From: Octopus sinensis
Taxonomy: Eukaryota
Assembly (NCBI RefSeq): GCF_006345805.1
Contig: NC_043000.1
Coordinates: 109,802,001 to 109,866,000 of the forward strand
Direction: 5' to 3'
Length of the DNA stretch: 64,000 nt
The notes under the pieces were generated by a model. It had not been told where the DNA came from and searched no databases. It saw nothing but the letters and a program-made list of their open reading frames with translations. How positions within the stretch are numbered: position 1 is the first letter of the stretch; every line of letters starts with the position of its first letter. Positions 58,946 through 64,000 of this stretch are shown piece after piece. Made by a program: the position numbers and the translations under genes.

Positions 58946-60327
58946 CACAGGTGAAATAGCTTTCTCCTTGTTACTGCTAATTAGAGGTTAGCTAATGAGA
59001 TTTTGTAGGAAATAGAACTAGTATATAATTTATTTACAGTCACAGAATCCATGTTTATGAATCCTTATTTAAGCAAGACACTCAGTGATTTTGAGTATAA
59101 ATTCTTTTGTCACCAGTTTCATGACAGTTCTGCTACATTGCTGTTGTATTACTTCATAGGAGCAATTATGAAATATTTCAATCCTGAGGATGGAAGAAAC
59201 CAATTTGTAAACATAACTCTGACAAAACAGTCTTAATATTTATGGCAAAGTTGTAATGGTTAGAAAACGAACCTATTTGCAGAGAGTAAACATGTATTAA
59301 TATTTGTCTCTTAGTTGACATTTCCTTTGGTTCAACCCTTCAGCATTTACATTCTTCTGTCAAATGTGATGCTTAATTTATTCACATGGTTTTGAATTAA
59401 TCACGTTCAAGAAGGTGGGGGCTGGGGAGGTATCAACAATGTTTGTAACTTCATTTTCTATGTGCAGAATTGAAGTTTTGTATAAATACCAATGATTCAG
59501 AATTACATATTTTCTGTCCAATCAAGGATGATATGTGTTGCTGTTGTATTGTTTGACGATGTCGCTGTAACATTTTGAATGGCATCCTGAAGAACTTCGT
59601 CACTTTTGCTCCCAAAACTTTCTTCCTTGTCAGACGAATTTAGAAATATTTGCATCCAAAGACAAGTCACTGTTCTTTTTCTTCTCTGCTTTGTAAATCC
59701 TTCCAAGTTGAAGCCAAATTGAGAAATACAGATCAAAAACAAATCAATTGCTGCTTCAAATGTTGAAAAAAAACTATCTGCTATTGAAAATTTCACAGTA
59801 TTTACAGTTGTGTTTCAATGAAAATGCTTTATCTGAAGTGTACAAGATTTCAATGTCAGAATTATTTTTAGAATATTATGGAGTAGGTCTGAGAGGCCAG
59901 ATATGGCTAGTTTAATCTTTCTGTTACCATATTTCTATTGGTATGCACTGCCCTTTTTTCACTTATTTTGAAAATAATGAGGAATTTTGTAAAATAATTT
60001 TGTTGTTATCAAGCTAGTTTATGAACCTAAATTATGAAGTTTTCGTGTAAAATTTTTCGATCACTTTAAAACAGAGTTTGTATTACAAATCCAGAGTTGG
60101 TCTTGGGTGGGTTGATATTAAAAGGGTTAAAAGACTTAATACTGTTTTAGAATTGAAACAATCGACACCGCCTCACCCTTCTTTTACATGGTGAGGTTTA
60201 TGGCAGTCACTGATGTGGTGGTCACAGAATGTTTTATTTAAACATAGGAGAAAAGCAATCAAGAATTAAATCAAATATCATTTTCTCCTGGTGTGTGTAA
60301 CAACTGAATTTTATTTTTTCATTACAG

Positions 60328-60381
60328 TAAACGAATAGATGCTCAAATCTTTAATGAAATTATTGTTATAATTCTCAACCG
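60328..60381 (+). other. Probable 5'UTR (or short N-terminal) exon of the zinc-finger gene
   Basis: ttttttcattacag| acceptor, CCG|gtaagt donor; one open frame is in phase with exon 63110 but has no ATG. Confidence 0.6.
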
Positions 60382-60567
60382 GTAAGTATTTAGTGCTTTT
60401 TTTTTTCTTTCTCTACTGCTAGTTTCAATGTTGCTGGGTCTTTCTGACATGACTATTTCTACAAATGTTAGTAGTGCATGGAATTGTTGAGGGTAATGGA
60501 TGTTAAATGATGATGAAGATACGTGGCACAATGTGAAATTTCTTATGGTTCCTTTTTTGGATTCTTC

Positions 60568-60842
60568 ATAATCATCGTCATTTAATGTCCTTTTTCCATG
60601 TTGAACGGTTTGACTGAAAACTGGTAAGCTGGGAGGCTGCACTAGGCTCAGATCTGATTTGGCATGGTTTCTATGGCTGGATGCCCTTCTTAATGCCAAC
60701 CACTCTGAGAGGGTGTTTTTGACATGCCACCACCACAAGTGCCATTGACCTGACACCAACATCAGCCATGACTCGAACGGTGCTTTTTACGTGCCGCCAG
60801 TACGGGTACCAGTCAGACAGCACTGGCATTGGCCATGACTAC
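60568..60842 (-). mobile_element. Family B copy
   Basis: Colinear with other copies. Confidence 0.8.
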
Positions 60843-61206
60843 AATTTCACTTGGATTGTTGACTTAATTTGTCAAATGGTTTCTCACCACCATTTGATTC
60901 CAGGGTGTTGCTAACATTACTTCCGCCTGAAAAGCATTATAAGTCCTTCCTCCTCTCATACCTGTGAGTTCCATCAAATCTCTCTCAAAATGTGTTGTTT
61001 AAACTCTGCCCTATCATTAATGACCCAGCAACCTGAAATTTGTGTCTACTTGTTGAGTTTTTTTATCTTCCTATTTGTCATTTGTGCCTTCAGTTTATCT
61101 CTGAAAGGTTCTGATATATATTTAATCTTGCCCCTAGATATTAACAGTTTTGTTGCATCTTGAACCTTGATGCCCCTTTGAACCATTGTTTTTATTGAGA
61201 TCTCTT

Positions 61207-61537
61207 GTGCATGACTGCGGCATGGTTTAAGAAGCTGGCTTTAGAACCGCCTGGTTTTCGGTCCAGTCCCTCATAATGGCACCTTGGGTAAGTGTCTTTG
61301 GTGACCCCCAAGCTAACCAATGCCTTGGGAGTGAATTTCAGAGACAGAAACTGTGTGGAAGCCTGTTGTGTCTATGTGTCTGTGTTTGTTTCCTCACCTT
61401 AATGCTTGACAGCTGGTGTTGGTTTGTTTATGTCCCCATATCTTAGTTTAGATTTGGTGGAAGAAGCTGATAGAATAAGCAATGTTCAAGGCAGTACCCC
61501 AGGATAGCTGCAATCCAACAATTGAAACAAGATAAAG
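61207..61537 (+). mobile_element. SINE family A, older copy
   Basis: Head, central tract and tail recognisable. Confidence 0.65.
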
Positions 61538-61805
61538 GTTCAATTTTGGTAATTCCATTTTACTAAACCTTGCATTAATTACAATCCTGTGCCATGTAAC
61601 ATCTTCCCCTCCAACATATGTCTATAGAAGTATGCATGGAATCTGTATGAATATAGAATTAAAATAGGCAGCAAGTGAAAGCATTTTATAATTTCACGTT
61701 GTTTGTATGCATGTAGTTGAAATAGCAATAGAAAACGAGAATATTACATAGTAAATAGAACAACAGCATGAATAGATATTAATAAAAAGTCTTGAATTGT
61801 TTCAG

Positions 61806-61865
61806 GTTGTAAGAGGTATCGACTAACTAAACTGGTGGGAAGACTGTTGATGACTTACTGAGAAG
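61806..61865 (+). other. Candidate additional 5'UTR exon
   Basis: ttgtttcag| acceptor, AAG|gtaggg donor; stop in the frame continuing from exon 60328. Confidence 0.4.
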
Positions 61866-62608
61866 GTAGGGCTTTAATGTAAGACAAGTTCCTTTTCTTG
61901 TCTAGCTGTAAACATTTTCCTTCCAGTAACTTATAGGAGAAAAATCTTTTTGGTAAGGTATCTTACAATCTGTGGTATTTAATTTGTATTGGTTTTAACT
62001 GTTTGAACTCTATGCCTGTCTGCCCTTCAATTGAGAGAGATGGCTTTGTGTCAGGTGACGAAAGGGATTAAGGGACAGAAAGAGGGGGTCTGTTTGTAGA
62101 GGAGATATATGGCTACCCCTGTTGGAAAAGAGAGAAGATGGAAGTGAAGATGTGTCAGGGTGTACCTTAAGGATACTGGAAGCTGTGTGCATGCGTTTTA
62201 TATATATATTTATATACACACACACACATGCGTATGTGTGTATGTATAAGTGGTACAGAGGATTAGACAGGGTGAGTGACAATTAAATCGTAATGGTAGA
62301 CAGAATGCTGGACTAAATCTATGGCATCGCTGTTTTTGTATTACCAGGTATAGCCTGATTTAGTTCTTAAATTTTGTAGAAACTGGACATCAGGTTAAAG
62401 AAAACTCATTGATGCATTTTAAAATTATGTATCCTTTTGTCATGGGGTGAGATTTTAGTGAGTGTACGAGCAAGTAAAAACAAAAACAAAATTTAATCAT
62501 GTACAGTAATATTTGTATATATTTGGGAAAGTCACTGAAAGGAGTTTGAAAATATAACCCTATTCATCTGGTTGCTGAGTAGATTCCATTCATCATTGTT
62601 GTACTTAA

Positions 62609-62829
62609 CCCTTTCGTTACCAACTCGGCTGAAACCAGCTCTGGCTTTGAGTACAAATGTCTTGCTTTCAAAAGTTCTGAATTGAAATCTTCCCCCAAAC
62701 CTTAATCACAATTTATGTTCCTAACACAAACTTAATGATAACTAAGTTATTTTTCTAAATTCTTTGTTATATTTAAAAGTAATTGAAAGAAACACAGAGC
62801 ATCTCAAAATAAATACAGTAACGAAAGGG
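62609..62829 (-). mobile_element. piggyBac-type MITE
   Basis: TTAA at 62605-62608 and 62830-62833; perfect 12-bp TIR CCCTTTCGTTAC. Confidence 0.9.
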
Positions 62830-63109
62830 TTAAGGAAATTTTCTGTTTCATTTTAACCCAATTATAATTTAATAATTATTCTTAAAGGTGTTTTTACAAT
62901 GAAAGTTATGTTATAAAAATTCTACATCTACTGTACCCATGTATCAAGACCATGGCTTCAAATTAAGAATGTTTGTATATCTAGTGGTTCTACAATACTT
63001 CCAAATGATTTTGTCAGAATAATATATTTTCTTTCGAGTTTAAAGACTAGTTTCGAAAGCATACATGTGACTTTTTAAAAATATGTTGACTTGCTTCGGT
63101 TGTTTGCAG

Positions 63110-63279
63110 GGTGGTTATCAAAACTTCAGACATGGATTTCTTTCCAAAGAAAAATACTGGTTCGTATCGGTGTGAGGTATGCGACGTTACTGTGAACTCG
63201 GAGGTACAATTGGTGCAGCATCGAACAGGGAAAACACATTTACGTAAAATGCGTTCAGATTTACCGGCTGATGAAGCAG
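63110..63279 (+). CDS. Exon of a matrin/U1-type C2H2 zinc-finger protein (ZNF385/ZMAT/JAZ-like); probable start ATG 63132 (MDFFPKKNTGSYRCEVCDVTVNSEVQLVQHRTGKTHLRKMRSDLPADEA); gene continues beyond the window
   Basis: tttgcag| acceptor, CAG|gtgggt donor; C-x2-C-x12-H-x5-H finger with VNS..QL..H..G..H signature. Confidence 0.88.
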
Positions 63280-63619
63280 GTGGGTTGTTGAAGTGCTTTT
63301 AGATGTCAAATTTATCTGCTTACTTAAGTCATATGAATTTCTTTTCTACCTCATCCTCTGGTGTACTTATCTACATGTGAACCTTTCTGAACTTTTCACA
63401 TTCAAGACTCTTTCTGGTTTCCTAATCTCTTCACTATGTTATATAAATATTTTATTATTTGATACCTGGTGAATACTTGTTTATGCTCTTTTACTTTTAT
63501 ACCTGTACCAGCTTGAATGATAAATTTGCTAGAGGCAGTTTGTATATAGACAGATCCATCATCCTTGCACTTAACTTCAGTTTAGACATTGAGCGCTCAT
63601 TGTGTGTACCTATTATATC

Positions 63620-63912
63620 ATGGCCAGTGCCCCCTGACTGCCTCCTATGCCGGTGGCATGTAAAAGGCACCAACTGAACCTGGCTGATGCCAGTACCCTC
63701 TGACTGGCCCCAGTGCTGGTGGCATGTAAAAAGCATTATCCAAACGTGACTGGCTCCTGTGCTGATGGCATGTAAAAAGCACCCACTACACTCTGAGTGG
63801 TTGCTGTTAGGAAGAGCATCCAGCTGTAGAAACCTTGCTAGATCAGATTGGAGCCTGGTGCAGCCGCTGGCTCTCCACACCTTAGTCAAACCGTCCAACC
63901 CATGCCAGCATA
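63620..63912 (+). mobile_element. Family B copy
   Basis: Modules plus core; tail truncated. Confidence 0.8.
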
Positions 63913-64000
63913 GGGTGTTGAAAAAATTTGAGGTGACAAATTTCTATTACAAAATTGTTGGGCAGTGTGCTGCATGAGGAGTTTATCAAATTGGTTATCT

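Overview
AT-rich, microsatellite- and SINE-dense animal genomic DNA. The repeat landscape most resembles an octopus/coleoid cephalopod; this is recognition, not a search result. No prokaryotic features and no CRISPR. (1) 363-30991 (+): a hand-assembled 17-coding-exon RhoGAP of the ARHGAP18/28/40 (Drosophila Conundrum) family. All GT-AG phases are consistent, 2031 nt = 676 aa + stop, with an intact arginine finger (EGILRIPG) and a poly-His/poly-Gln insert near the C-terminus. (2) About 33060-42130 (-): scattered exon-like segments that may form an unidentified convergent gene (low confidence). (3) About 40700-52000: a CpG-retaining domain with promoter-like motifs between two CpG-depleted regions. 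(4) 58457 to beyond 63279 (+): the 5' part of a matrin/U1-type C2H2 zinc-finger gene (ZNF385/ZMAT-like) with several non-coding exons. The introns hold tRNA-derived SINEs, a (GAT)n-tailed SINE-like family sharing its 3' end with an RTE LINE, RTE and CR1/L2 fragments, a mariner relic, piggyBac-type and pogo-type MITEs, and a tRNA-Glu-derived pseudogene. The most unusual structures are a 41-46 bp RTE 3' tip flanked by a 119-bp direct duplication inside a tandem array of in-frame splice acceptors (RhoGAP exon 3), and several inverted repeat pairs that bracket exons.
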